Source: Octopus sinensis
Lineage: Eukaryota
DNA length: 64,000 nt
NCBI RefSeq assembly: GCF_006345805.1
Contig: NC_043003.1
Span: 44,020,001-44,084,000, forward strand
Direction: 5' to 3'
A program made the translations under genes and the position numbers. The notes below the pieces were generated by a model. That model ran no database searches and had not been told where the DNA came from. It saw only the letters and a list, made by a program, of their open reading frames with translations. Within the stretch, counting starts at the first letter, position 1, and every line of letters begins with the position of its first letter. Shown here piece by piece: positions 14,247 through 27,457 of the stretch.

Positions 14247-15039
14247 CATCCATACATACAAACAACTAAATGAGTACATGGTTCTATATATTTTCTTCTC
14301 TAACTACTACTACTACTACTACCACTACAAATAATAATAATAATAGCAACAGCAACAAAATCAGCACCAATAATAGTATAACCAAATATACTCTGCCTAA
14401 AACTTGAGGCGTTTTGGCATTACTAAATATGATTATTCCCTGATTACTAAGAACGCTAGACTCTCTGTAATCCCCGAACTCGTAATGAGATCAAGGAAAT
14501 GTGTAATGGCTTTCTCCATTTAATTTGATGACAACGTCTGATAAAGTAATTCTACTTGTGTTCTTTTTCTTCCGCTTTCAACAGCAAATTTTGAAAAGAT
14601 ATTACTTTCAACTTGAGTATGTAGCATTATGTTTTCTTCGTGTAATCCCAATCGTACATTTTTACCTTTATGTTTACCTTATATAAATCACTACTATACG
14701 TACCTAGCAATACAATTAACCTGGCTTACGTCTGTCCATTAATGGTAGAATTATTTCACAAAATGTTATATATGCCCATAATACATTCGTAGTTAATGCC
14801 TCTCTGAACAATTTGATAATGATATATCAATATAAGGAATAAAAGAAGAATAGAGATCTTAGCACCAGCTTGTTTCAAAGATTCTAATTGAACCAACGTG
14901 ACTCTAGAACAATGTGGAATGTATTGTATGTAGGAAAATCACATACTCCGACTACAGTATTCAATATTACGACATGCAATACGTTTCATTCAATAACAAA
15001 CACTTGGAATAAATATTAATTAATACCTGTGACGTGAAA

Positions 15040-15255
15040 AAAGACGGTGAACTGGCGGAATTGTTAACACACCGGCAAAAAGCTTCGCGGTTTTTGTTCG
15101 TCCTTACGTTTTGATTTCAAATTCGGACGATGTCAATTTTGCCTTTGATCTCTTTTGGAGTAGAGAAAATAACTACCAGTTTAACACTGCGGTCGACCTT
15201 AATCGAGTTCCTTTCTCCCCTGAAATTTCTGGTCTTGTATCAAAATTTCAAACCA
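15040..15255 (+). mobile_element. SINE, decayed (related fragment at 46349-46445)
   Basis: GGTGAACTGGCGGAA..TCAAATTC..TCAATTTTGCCTTT.. matches GGAGTTCAAATTCCGCCGAGGTCGACTTTACCTTCATCCTTTC at 46349. Confidence 0.65.
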
Positions 15256-15726
15256 GTATTTTTGACAGGAAGTAAAAACTTAGCATAAACTACTGTAGCA
15301 TTCGTGTGTGTGCGTGGTGTCCCTGTGTGTATATTTAAGGACGCTGTTGAACCGTGGGATTAAATCATTCAGTGGAATATAAAAGGAAATAACAGAAATG
15401 GCTCTTCTTTGAGCGTGTTTATCAGATGCTGCAACGTCTGGTCGTGCAAACCTCAGGTAGATAGGTCTAAAATGATCTAAATATACCCGCAGCTGAATCC
15501 ATACAGGTAATGAACGGAGTCTCTCACCACTGGCTTCTTTGCGTGAGTATTTACATTACATTTAATACTGCAATTACCTCCCTTGGTGTACATGCATAGA
15601 CCATTGACAAAATGAATCTTCTTAATCCTCGTGAGAAGAGTACAATTATGCTAAAGCTTATATCACAAACATTACACTGCCGAGCTCGTAACAACCAACC
15701 GTAGTTGCAGTCGTTATTATTGTTAA

Positions 15727-16143
<417 letters not shown>

Positions 16144-16156
16144 TTATTATTATTAC

Positions 16157-16240
<84 letters not shown>

Positions 16241-16244
<4 letters not shown>

Positions 16245-16492
16245 TAGTTTTATTTTTATAGCGTGTTTTCACTTCACTACCGAGCGCAGCTCTGTGTGCC
16301 TTGGGTATGTGCTGTGATTTGTTGTGATGCTCTGATGGTTATTGTATGGAAAGTGTTCTGCGTAGGATGTGTGCAGTGCCTAGTAGTGCAATTTTCTGGA
16401 TGTTATATGTGTTTGTAAGTCCTGGTGTTTTTGTTATGTATTTGTCTGAATATTTTTTATCATGCCTAATGCACCTACTATGATAGGAATTC
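16241..16492 (-). mobile_element. Dong/R4 3' fragment (subfamily b)
   Basis: Closely similar reverse complement of the 30222-30714 copy (IPI.VGALGMI..NIQKIALLGTAHILRRTLSIQ), with a (TAA)n tail. Confidence 0.85.
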
Positions 16493-16505
16493 ATATTATT
16501 ATTAC

Positions 16506-16960
<455 letters not shown>

Positions 16961-16989
16961 TTATTATCATTATTATTATTATTATTATT

Positions 16990-17038
<49 letters not shown>

Positions 17039-17085
17039 CCACCACCACCACCACCACCACCACCACCACCACCACCACCACCACC

Positions 17086-17153
<68 letters not shown>

Positions 17154-17166
17154 ATCATCATCATCA

Positions 17167-17213
<47 letters not shown>
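16961..17213. repeat. (ATT)n(CAT)n(CAC)n(CAT)n(ATT)n compound microsatellite
   Basis: Direct reading. Confidence 0.98.
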
Positions 17214-17214
<1 letters not shown>

Positions 17215-17838
17215 TATGTTTGACTTTTGCTTTATATTTGTACAAGTTGGCTCCAAGTCTCACCCAGAGACCTCAAGAGACAACAGGGTTGGAAGTTCAT
17301 GTTGTTGTTATGCCTAGTGTGCCATATATTTGGGGGGTGGGGATGTTGTACTAATGAATGTCTAAAAGAAAAAAGTTTTTTTTTTTTTTTTTAAACCGAA
17401 AATTATGGTTGTTTTAAACCTTGAGGTTACATAGAGAGTATTTTGCGTAGGATATGAGCAGTTCCCATGAGCACTATCTTTTGAACTTCTGCCATTTTTG
17501 GGTTTCCTGGTATCTGAGTTAGGTAGCTATCAGCCCCTTTTGCTATCATTCCCAGGGCACCTATGACAACAGGTATTGTTTTAGTCTTCAGCTTCCAAAT
17601 TTTGCTGATTTCTATGGTCAATGGTTTCATTTTGTTGCTTGCATACACGACACGTTGGACTGCTTCTGATCTTTAATATGTTGGCCTGGTAGTTTCTTGT
17701 TGGTAGGCATTGATCTTGAGCTGCTATGATAAACCCCTCTGTTTCAGATTTTAAGCCAGAGGCCATTAGCCATTGATGGGTCAGGGCTTTGTCGATATCT
17801 GCATTATTCGCTCTCTTTGGGTATTTGCCATAGAGAGG

Positions 17839-17842
<4 letters not shown>
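17214..17842 (-). mobile_element. Dong/R4 fragment (subfamily c) with an internal deletion
   Basis: GLKSETEGFIIAAQDQCLPTRNYQANILK..CRVCKQQNETIDH (zinc knuckle) is fused directly to EISKIWKLKTKTIPVVIGALG..LMGTAHILRKILSM. Confidence 0.88.
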
Positions 17843-17873
<31 letters not shown>

Positions 17874-17921
17874 GTTATTGTTATTATTATTATTGTTATT
17901 ATTATTATTGTTATTATTATT

Positions 17922-17975
<54 letters not shown>

Positions 17976-18022
17976 ATTATTATTTATTATTATTATTATA
18001 TTATTATTATTATATTATTATT

Positions 18023-18754
18023 CTATGTTTGACTTTTGCTTTATATTTGTACAAGTTTGCTCCAAGTCTCACCCAGAAACCTCAAGTGACAACAGGTTGA
18101 AAGTTTGTGTCGTTGTTATGCCTAGTGTGCCATATATTTGGTTTTGTATTTAGTGTTGTACTAGTGAATGTCTAAAAAAAACAAAATTATGTTTGTTTTA
18201 AAACTTGAGATTACATAGAAAGTATTTTGCGTAGGATATAAGCAGTTCCCATGAGCACTATGTTTTGAATTTCTGCAATTTTGGGGTTTCCTGGTATCTG
18301 AGTTTGGTAGCGATCAACCCCTTTTGCTATCATTCCCAGGGCACCTATGACAACAGATATTGTTTTAGTCTTCACGTTCCACATTTTGCTGATTTCTACT
18401 TCAAGATCTTTATATTTGCTCAGTTTTTGGTAGGTCTTGACAGATACGTTTATATCGATTGGGACAGTCATATCATTGAGGAGGCATGTTCTTTGCTTGA
18501 AGTCTTTCAATATGCTGTCTGGCCTATTTGTATCTTTCTGTCAGTTTGGATGGGGAGGTTCCAGAGGAATGAGATGTGGACATTTTGAAGCACTGGAGGT
18601 GGTTTGTGTCCTACCAGTTTTTTTCATGGGGCAAATGCAGGTTTTTGCAGATTACCCAGTGGCTATATTGTGCAGCTCTATCATGCCTGTTGAGATACAC
18701 TGTAGGCGCTAGAAGACTGCACTTGGAGACAACATGATCAATGGTTTCATTTTA
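18023..18754 (-). mobile_element. Dong/R4 fragment (subfamily c): knuckle + REL endonuclease
   Basis: NETIDHVVSKCSLLAPTVYLNRHDRAAQY..DMTVPIDINVSVKTYQKLSKYKDLEVEISKMW..GALG. Confidence 0.9.
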
Positions 18755-18801
18755 TTGTTGTTATTATTATTATTATTGTTGTTGTTGTTGTGTTGTTGTT
18801 G

Positions 18802-21021
18802 TTTCCCTTCTCAGAAAATTCAGTCTTTTTGTGCTGGTTGTTTCTGCGGGAGCGAACAGCAGCCTGCTGTCAGAGGACTCACAAGGTGTCTTTCTGCAAC
18901 ACTATAAGATTTGATACTTGGCTTATAATTATCTTGGGATTCCGATCTCAAAATCCTAGATGTCCCCAGCAGCGCACTATTTTGAGCTAACTTTGTTCTC
19001 ATGTCAAATCCGATTTCGCTGACATATTTAACTAACTTGGTTATTAGTGCCCCGATTGCCCCTACAATTACTCTAACGAAAAGCACTCCCGTCATAGTCC
19101 ACATTCTTGCAATTTTGTCTTTTAGTAGCAAGTAATTTTCAATCTTTTCTAGTTCTTTGTCACTTATACGTGCATCTCCAGGTGTTACAATATCTAAAAT
19201 CATGGTTCCCTTTTTTCCCAATCTGCCACAATATCTGGTTTCCGAACCTCGTTTATGGAGTTACATCGGATAGTAAAATGCCACAGTAACTTATGTTCCT
19301 TTGTTCTCGGTGACTGGTTCATGCTCGTACCATTTCCGTACTCTGTTCGGGACGTACTTTATATATAGCCTCCAGTGCACTAACTTAGCCCCGTTATCGT
19401 GCCTCCTCATTTTGTTCTGCATTTGGCCCGGCTTGCTACACCCACAATATGTGAGGTTGTTTTGTTTATTTTGTCACACATCCTACAAAGGTGTAATTCG
19501 CTACTCGTATGTATTTGGAACTTGATGTATATAATTCTCAGAGATTGTTCCTAGGTACTGCATATCATTCCCTCAGTGCATCCTTTCAGATCTCTTTTTC
19601 TTAGCCATCTCCGAGAGCTAACCTTGTCTTTTCCTTCGATTTCTGTGGTTTTGTCCATGCAGTGTTTTCATTTCCATGTTGTTTAGTCGTTCTTCTTCAA
19701 GCTTTTTTCTTAAAGGTTTATGAGTGCATCACAATTTCGGTAAATATTGTATTGTGAATTCTAACAATCGCAAGCGATATTGCATCCTATGAGACCTCTT
19801 TCTCCCTTGTTTCTAGGTATATACAGTCTTTTGGTTTCGCTTTTGGGGTGTAGTTCCGAGTTAATTGTCATCACTTTTCTAGTTTTCTTGTCCATTTTCT
19901 CAAGCCCGTTCTTTGTCCACCTAACAACACCATGGTGGTATCGCATTAAGGTACAGCCCATGTGTTCATTGCTCTGAACTTGTTTTTCCATTGAGTCTAC
20001 CTCCCATAATTAACTTGGTTCTTCTGAGATATTTTCGCCTAAAGCTTTCCTTCATTTCACTTTCTTTGATTTTGTCGTATTCCAAAATACACTATTTATA
20101 TCTAGTTGTCAGAATATCCTTCATTTTCTCGCTGTTGGGTAGCTCTACACCATCAGTCGGTACTACTTTGTCACTTTGTATAATAAGTATACCACAAATT
20201 TTAGTCCCAAATTTCATTCCGATAAACCTGACTGAAAATCTAAACTGCTGAAACTATGTCATTTATTTGACATTCGGTCTTTCCAAATATTTCTAAGTCA
20301 TTCATATATGACAGATGTTTTAATTTTCCTCCACTTTCCAAGGTGTGCCCTGATGTCACTTTCTGTAGTATCAGTGTGAGGGGTTACCATACAAATCACA
20401 AACAGCAATGGTGATAGTCTGTCTCCTTGAAATGTGCCTCTCTCAATGTTAACCGTCACCAATAATTTTCCACATGAAGTTAAAATTGAATCCAGTTTTT
20501 CATTGATCTAATAAAATTTGATGTTGCTCAAGACTGCTGAAATCCAGGAATGGGAGACTATGTCACGCTTTCTCATAATCAATCCACGCTATGCGCAGAT
20601 GAGAAAGTATTTTCTTGCATCGTTCAGTATCATTCTGCCTATCAGAGGTTAGTCTTTTGTCCCTCGGCTTTTCTTTATGCACCCTTTCTGTTCCACTGGC
20701 AATTTGTTATTCATTTCCAAGAAGTTATATATATAGTTCTATATTATTATTCTCGTCCTCCTCCACATCAGGGGCCGATAGGTGATAGGCCGGTAATTAT
20801 TCACTGCATTGCCTTTGCTGGGATCCTTTTGGCAAAGAATTATTTTACCTGTGGTCAGCCTCATTGGGATCTGTACGCCGTTGTTGATCATTCTTTTCAT
20901 TTTAATGTCTATTTTCTGTGTACTGCTGGCAAAGTTTACAAGCCAATATCCTTGTACACCATCCGGTTTTGGGAAGTTCCAGTTTGGGATATTGTTGTCT
21001 GTTCGGTTACTGTTGCAGGGA
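18802..21021 (-). mobile_element. Dong/R4 element (subfamily d), 5'-truncated, with decayed RT and REL
   Basis: IPNWNFPKPDGVQGYW, NNYRPIT, EQKGC..SRGTKD, RGTFQGDRLSPLLF, MDKKTRKVMTINSELHPKSETKRLYIPRNKGERGLIG, ILDIVTPGD..EKIENY. Many stops and shifts. Confidence 0.9.
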
Positions 21022-21032
21022 ATTAATAATAA

Positions 21033-21672
21033 TGTTACACCGCTCCCTCGTGATGAATGGAATAACCTAATTACTATAACTTAAGAGAAGTACGTGAAGT
21101 ACCAGAGTACATAGTGGGAAGTCAGATATACTTGTGTTTTACTGGTTTTACTAAGTATATTGTATACCAATGTGGGCGCTATAACAATCCATCATAATAA
21201 GAATTATAACTGCGGTGACAAGGATTTAAACATCTCACAAGAAATTAATAAACTCGACCAGGATTTTAACAATTCACGAGGAGTTAACAAACTCACAAAA
21301 GATTTTTCACGTGCCAATCTTACAAAAACATCGTAAAATTATGAAATATATGTTGGCCGATTTGCTCGAGTCGCAAAAACAGCAACAATAACAACAACTG
21401 ACTGAACAACAACAGCGGTAGCTACAACTGTAAGAACAAGAGCAAGAACAACACCAACAACTGAAAGAACAACGACGGCAACAACAAATACTATTACAGC
21501 AACAAATGCCGCAATTAATAAAGTCGTCAGGAAATTCAGAAAAAGGTGTTCTCACCAGACTATATTGCCATCTCCTTAACAGTGTTCAAATACGAGACTG
21601 ACGGAGGAGTTGCCTTCGAAGCATACGATAGAAGATATGAGCAAACCTTGAAGCAAGAAAGTAAAGATTGGG
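21033..21672 (+). mobile_element. Gypsy-type LTR retrotransposon relic: probable LTR plus start of gag
   Basis: TGTTAC start at 21033 with TAACA at about 21184. A Q-rich decayed ORF MKYMLADLLESQKQQQ..VFSPDYIAISLTVFKYETDGGVAFEAYDRRYE resembles Mag-lineage gag N-termini (recalled from family knowledge). Confidence 0.6.
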
Positions 21673-24600
21673 GCGGCCAAGGAATCTGAACTCAGATCGT
21701 AATATTTTTGTTTATACTTTAAAAATCTATAGAGAGAGCCAATACTCCTGATGTTTGCGGGCCCTTCTAGACAGATGACCCTAAATATATAACGGGAAGC
21801 AATTATCTATTAAATATATAATATAAAGTTAGGCAAATCGCACATATTTTGGCCCCTTAAGATATACTGCTCAAAAAGTAACCAATACTGTATATCAAAG
21901 GCATATAACAACAAATGCTTACAAGACTATTTTCACCGAATTATTTCGCTTTCCAGTATACGTAAAAATCTAGCATGAATGTGAGATAATTTGAGCAACG
22001 GGTGGTTGCACTTATTTTTCAGACCATTTTAGCTATTTCTCATACAATATTGCCGCTACCCAGGGGAACTGTTTTCAGCGAAGATAATTACTTTGGGAAA
22101 CTAATAACATTTCGTCAGCAGTAATAGGTATAAAATTGTTTAAGGGAGAAGGGTTTTATTTCATAGAAAACTAAGTAGAAGTGAATGACAGCTAAACGAA
22201 AATAGCATATTTTTCCTTAACAACTCCTGTGTTAAATGGCCATATATGTATTGTCACTGTCACCAAACTCTCATGTAAGCACACACGCTGACACACACAT
22301 ACACACACACACACACAGGCGCACACACACACGTACATAGGTAGTAGACAAATAGCATGTATAAAAAAGCAATGCATGAATTTACTGATATAAATTTCGT
22401 GATGAAAGTAATAATGTAAGTATACAGTTTCCATAAAAATAACTCCACAAACATAGAATATAAAATAGAATAAGTTAAAAATGATTCCTGTCGTAGCATT
22501 AAGTCGACACAGGTTGAAGGACCAACACAAACAACGAAGCATCCCCAGCAGAGGATTGATGGTTATTTTATTGACACGGAAGGAGAAAATGAATAGTTGA
22601 CAACACTTGAACGCAAATCGTAAATATATGGTTTTAAGCAGCACTAGCATACTTATTATTACGCGCCTACGCCCATTCTGCTTTTTGCAAGTCGTAAGTT
22701 TAACAGATGATTGGATATATAATTGTTATCATGTTATGGAAGCTGAAGGAAACCTCAAAGGAATTTGAACTCAGATCTTAAACGGACGTAAAAATTCCTT
22801 TATACTGTATGGATCTAGAGGTCGGGATAATACCCATGATGCTTGCAGGCTCTCCTAGACAGCTAAAACAGATAAGCTTGATGACATGACTCTCCTCTTA
22901 ATCATCTGTAAATTGACTCTTGCGAGAAATATATGAGCAGGTAAGGAAACCTTGAATGCCGATGATCTGTGAAGGAAGGAACAAGTGTAATTATTTATGT
23001 AGGTGCAATGCCAGAACACACGGATATGACGACGGTAGATTAGTTGAGCAGGAGCGTCTGAGTTTAGTTGCCATTAGCACGGAATGATCAAATGAGTAGA
23101 TACAATTATGAGAGATAGTACACTCGGGGATATGAGGCTTGTGTTCCTGAGCGCTCGCTTATGCCATGCACACTACATTATTCCCTATTTTAATAATGAA
23201 ATCACGCCGAAGGAAATAAAATTTAAAATCCTACAAACACTTGCTGAAATCAAACACTCGCTGATTGTATCTAGGTTAACTGACAATGTTCAGAAAATAC
23301 CCATCCATCAAAGAACGACCATATATATTTATGCAGACTTCCCTTGCCCGAGAAATACAGAGTCAGATGCAGTACAGATAAAAAATATGGTTGGAATACT
23401 ACAGCTTAAAGACATTATGTCAAAATTTCTGTCTGAATTCACATTTAATGTCAGAAGATTCCTTTGAAATTGCTTCAAGTTCATTTTTGATCTTTTGTAA
23501 TAACTGATCAGGTTTGCAAAAATATCTTTATTCATAGCTATGTATGTAGTATCGTTGACGTCGATATACCCCCTGAAATACTGTAAGAGGATCGGATCGG
23601 ATTTCTGTGGATAAGGGACCTGGTGAGATACTTGGGATCGTCGGACACAATGTAGATGATGAGAAGAAATAAGAGTGTGTGGTGGGAAATGCTTGAGTGG
23701 ATGTAAACCGTGTTCAACCTGCTCTGCGAAGCAAAGACAATAGTAAAAGCGGAAAACGCAGAGGGGGAAGACATCACCACATTATACAATTTGTTGACGC
23801 GAGCTTATGCTAATCTCTCGATTGGCCTTTAGCTAATTGTAGTCTGGAACTAACATTTGTGTAGTAGCACCACTGTCCCAAATTGTGTGTGAAAAATACG
23901 AAGAATAGTAATAATAATATCAGATTTGTTACTAGTACCGGCATTCCATTACATGCCTAGTCGGATGATTATGTGGTTTCCAATGTGTTATTTGTACATG
24001 TTAGACCGCCGTCGCTTTTGTCGTTTGTGGACTATTGTTTTGACAGAAGGTAATCTCATTGATATTAGTTTCGTTGTATATATATGTATAGAAGAGACAT
24101 TTTGAGTAGATTTTGATCCCGTCATTGTAAACCGGTTTATTGGAGAAAAGCAGGAGTCACCTTCATTTCGATTTCTCTGAATGCAGAAAGGCTACAGAGG
24201 ATATAGTCTTCCTATCTAAAGAATGTGTAGGAAATAGTCTAGATTCCAATTTTCTCCATCCGTCGAGTGCGCTCTATTTTCGTGGCGAGTTGTTGTTTTC
24301 TTCTCCTCGCTTCATCCCCTTTCGCATTATTTATCTCCAGCATGGGTGATCATCTGTGGCCTCTTTCCATCTCAGAACGTCCACATAAAGCGACTTTCGC
24401 AGATATCCTTGAGATGAAGATGAGGTCCACTTCATGCTCTTCTGCCAATGGCCAAAGCGCCAGCAGAGAGCTCCTTCAAATGCAGTCACTCTATGCATAA
24501 TTGCCAATCCCATGTGGGCCTCTACAGCCACAACAGACACTGCACAACCATTTCTACGGGAGAAGATCCGTGACCTCTCCATATCGACTGATGGCTGCTA

Positions 24601-25050
24601 TATAACCCTCATCACAATCCGAAATAGTTTTTCGATTTCGGAACAAATGTCATCAGAAACACGTATCAAGTTGATTATTATCATCCCTAGGAGCATAGTT
24701 TGCACCCGAAAAATCTTCTAAACTCCTCTCATCTGATATTGACATAATGTCTGAAAGTTCCGTACTCTCTACAACTTATCAACGTGACTAAAGTAGATGA
24801 GACGGTAGCAAACTTTGGGATTTTTCCTAACTGAGGCCTTGATCAAACATCATTCCATGCTAACTTGCTCTGATGATTTGCTATATGTTCCTCTTTAATC
24901 CACTGAGACATAATTCCAATTTTGTTTGAATGAATGTGTCAACTATCGTGGGTCTAAGATTATGCACCCACCGTTTAATATTCATTTAAAGATTGTATAA
25001 TAGAACCTACATGGCTAGCTAAGTTATGGAGGTGATATATTGTTACTTAC

Positions 25051-25390
25051 ATCAGTTTGGTATCTACGTAGTCTTTGTTCCAGGTAAATTCTGAGGAAAG
25101 CAATGGTTTCATATTGTTATTAGTATTGCTTTTGTTATGTTTTTGTTCTTGCTTCTTTTTGATGAGTGTGTTAAATGGAACGAACACCAAGAGGCTACAT
25201 CGCTTGTTGCTGCTGCTGTTACATATTCTGTGTTGGTAAATGTGATGAGGTTTTGGTACCAGCATTTGGGTACCAACTTTGGAAGATATAATAAAGATGC
25301 TGCATACTTTGGGAAGTACACTGATGCAGCTGCTGTGTCTGCAGCTGTGTGATGCTTCTGTGATTAAGAGGAATATTTTTGCCGGGCTCT
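25051..25390 (-). CDS. Probable first exon of an unidentified minus-strand gene (5' UTR + MKPLLSSEFTWNKDYVDTKL, phase-2 donor)
   Basis: TATA-like CTATAAATAA at 25420-25411, AATATGA start context at 25112 (in-frame upstream ATG at 25265), and a perfect GTAAGT donor at 25050-25045. No downstream exon identified. Confidence 0.45.
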
Positions 25391-25475
25391 CATCTCAGCA
25401 CCTTTGTATGTTATTTATAGCTCAGCCATTTATAGCTCATCCTAATCCTTGTCTCCTAATCTCCCGCAGCATTTG
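25320..25475 (-). promoter_or_regulatory. Motif cluster: MEF2/TATA, CArG-like, paired CAGCTG E-boxes, two TAATCY sites
   Basis: TTATTTATAG 25411-25420, CCATTTATAG 25426-25435, CAGCTG 25327 and 25342, TAATCC 25443, TAATCT 25457. Confidence 0.4.
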
Positions 25476-27363
25476 GAAAATTGTTAAACGAAATATATAT
25501 TTATAGCAAATTATCTAGCCACTTTTAAAGGCTGCATGAATTAACTAGTGACGTCTCTGACAAATTATACTAGCGACAGCAAACTATTAGTCGGGAAAAT
25601 GAGAAATAATAATCGGAACATTTATTGAGCCGCAAAAGACGTAGTATTCAGACAGAAATCAATAAGAATAATAAATAATAAATAGAACCGGGGAATATTA
25701 CAACAAGCTTCAATACTTGACTGCTTCATAAAATATCCATTAATATCGACGAAATAACAAGGCAGAAAATCGAAAGTAAATTGTGAGAGTACTGTAGAGT
25801 ATCCGTAACTATTGAAACGCTATTGTTTGCTTGCTAGATGTAATATATTGCCAAAGCCCACAGTAATTGCCGATTAGCAGACGTAGTCTGTGCAAGATCA
25901 GCAAGTGACAGATTCAGTATCCCTTAAAATACACAGTAGAAATAGTAGGCCTCTCGATTGTCAAAATGGTGAAAATGTTATACGTGCTATAAAGAATTAG
26001 TTGAATAAAAGTAGAAAACATGAAAAAGCAAAATTTTGCATCGTTGATAAAAAAGAAACGAAAACAATGGAAACGATAATAAGTTAAATTAAATGACTCT
26101 GGTCTTATTTCCAGGCCTCCCAAGTAAAGGTAGAGATAATCCTGAGAGAAATATGCTTAAAGTTAAATATATATATTTTACAGATGTATTCCAGGCAAAA
26201 GATTTTGTACTCATCATACTAAAACTGTGAATCGAATAAATAAAAAGTTTTAAAAATAGCAATAAGAAAGCAATTTGAGTAGTGCAACGTAAATAAGGAA
26301 TAACCCTAGTTCGTGTTAAAAATGTAAATATGTATTAAACCAGAAAAATCCATGTGTAGCTATTCCGCATAACAGTGATCAACTAAAGGTATAAAATAAA
26401 TACAGAAATTAAAATTATTAATGATTCATTGGAGTGCAAGCAGAACAGCTAGAACCCGAAGAATAACGTATCTATTCATTCTTAATACGTTCTGGTAGCT
26501 TCGAATTCTAGCTGGAATAAGGGATGAGTTGTTCTTCAATGATGAAAAGCAACAGCAATCAGACATTTATTTTTGTATTAAGAATGGGTACGTTTTTGTG
26601 TAAATATTAATGCTTTCTGATTCAGACAGTAAACAAAAATATGTGAGGAGAGGTGATTAATTTATTCTATCGGCTCCAGTACTTAACTGTACTTTATATT
26701 GCTAACCCCCAACAGATGAAAAACAATATTGGACCTAGGAGGAATGGAAATGATATCGGCAGAATTATCGTGAAACATTTCTCCCTTAGTTCCAAAGAAT
26801 CTGAAAATTCAGCGCAATAAATTTATGTAACCAATACACAAATTTAGATATCTGTACACGTGATTTTCAGGAATGTTTAGGGAGAGAAAATATTTATAAA
26901 GTTAGATTTAAGTGTGGAAAAATATGTATCCCAGACTTTTAACAGAATTAAAAATGGAAAGTATTTTTATGCAACATCGTACCACTACAAAAACAAGAAA
27001 ACGAAACGATAGCATTTGTTTATGCACTGCTGATTCTATTTTAAATTTAATAGTTGAGTTACTTAAAAAACTTAAATGTATCAGATGCGAATATTAATAT
27101 TTTCGAGATGGTCAGCATGAATACATTAAATATTCGCAATATTCTTAAAATAAAATGGTCAATCCTTCGACACGCTAACGCATGGGTCTATTGTACTCTG
27201 TTTCTTTTTATGTCATGCAAAATCTAAAATCACAAACAAGAAATGCACTTATGTATATATTTCTCTCTGTCTCTCTACTTCAATCGCTTCTTACTCTGTT
27301 GTCTTTGTCTTTCTTTCTGTATATACATACGTTCGTACAGATATGCATACACACACACACACA

Positions 27364-27457
<94 letters not shown>

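Noticed and set aside
22505-22530. Minus-strand TTGGTCCTTCAACCTGTG resembling miR-133
   Set aside because: It lacks two seed-region C residues and has no complementary arm for a pre-miRNA hairpin. The adjacent sequence looks like decayed SINE.
24625-24660. Minus-strand CTGATGA..GAAA spacing like a hammerhead
   Set aside because: Stem II does not pair and there is no UH cleavage triplet. CTGATGA at about 6365, 9226 and 48150 also lack a downstream GAAA.
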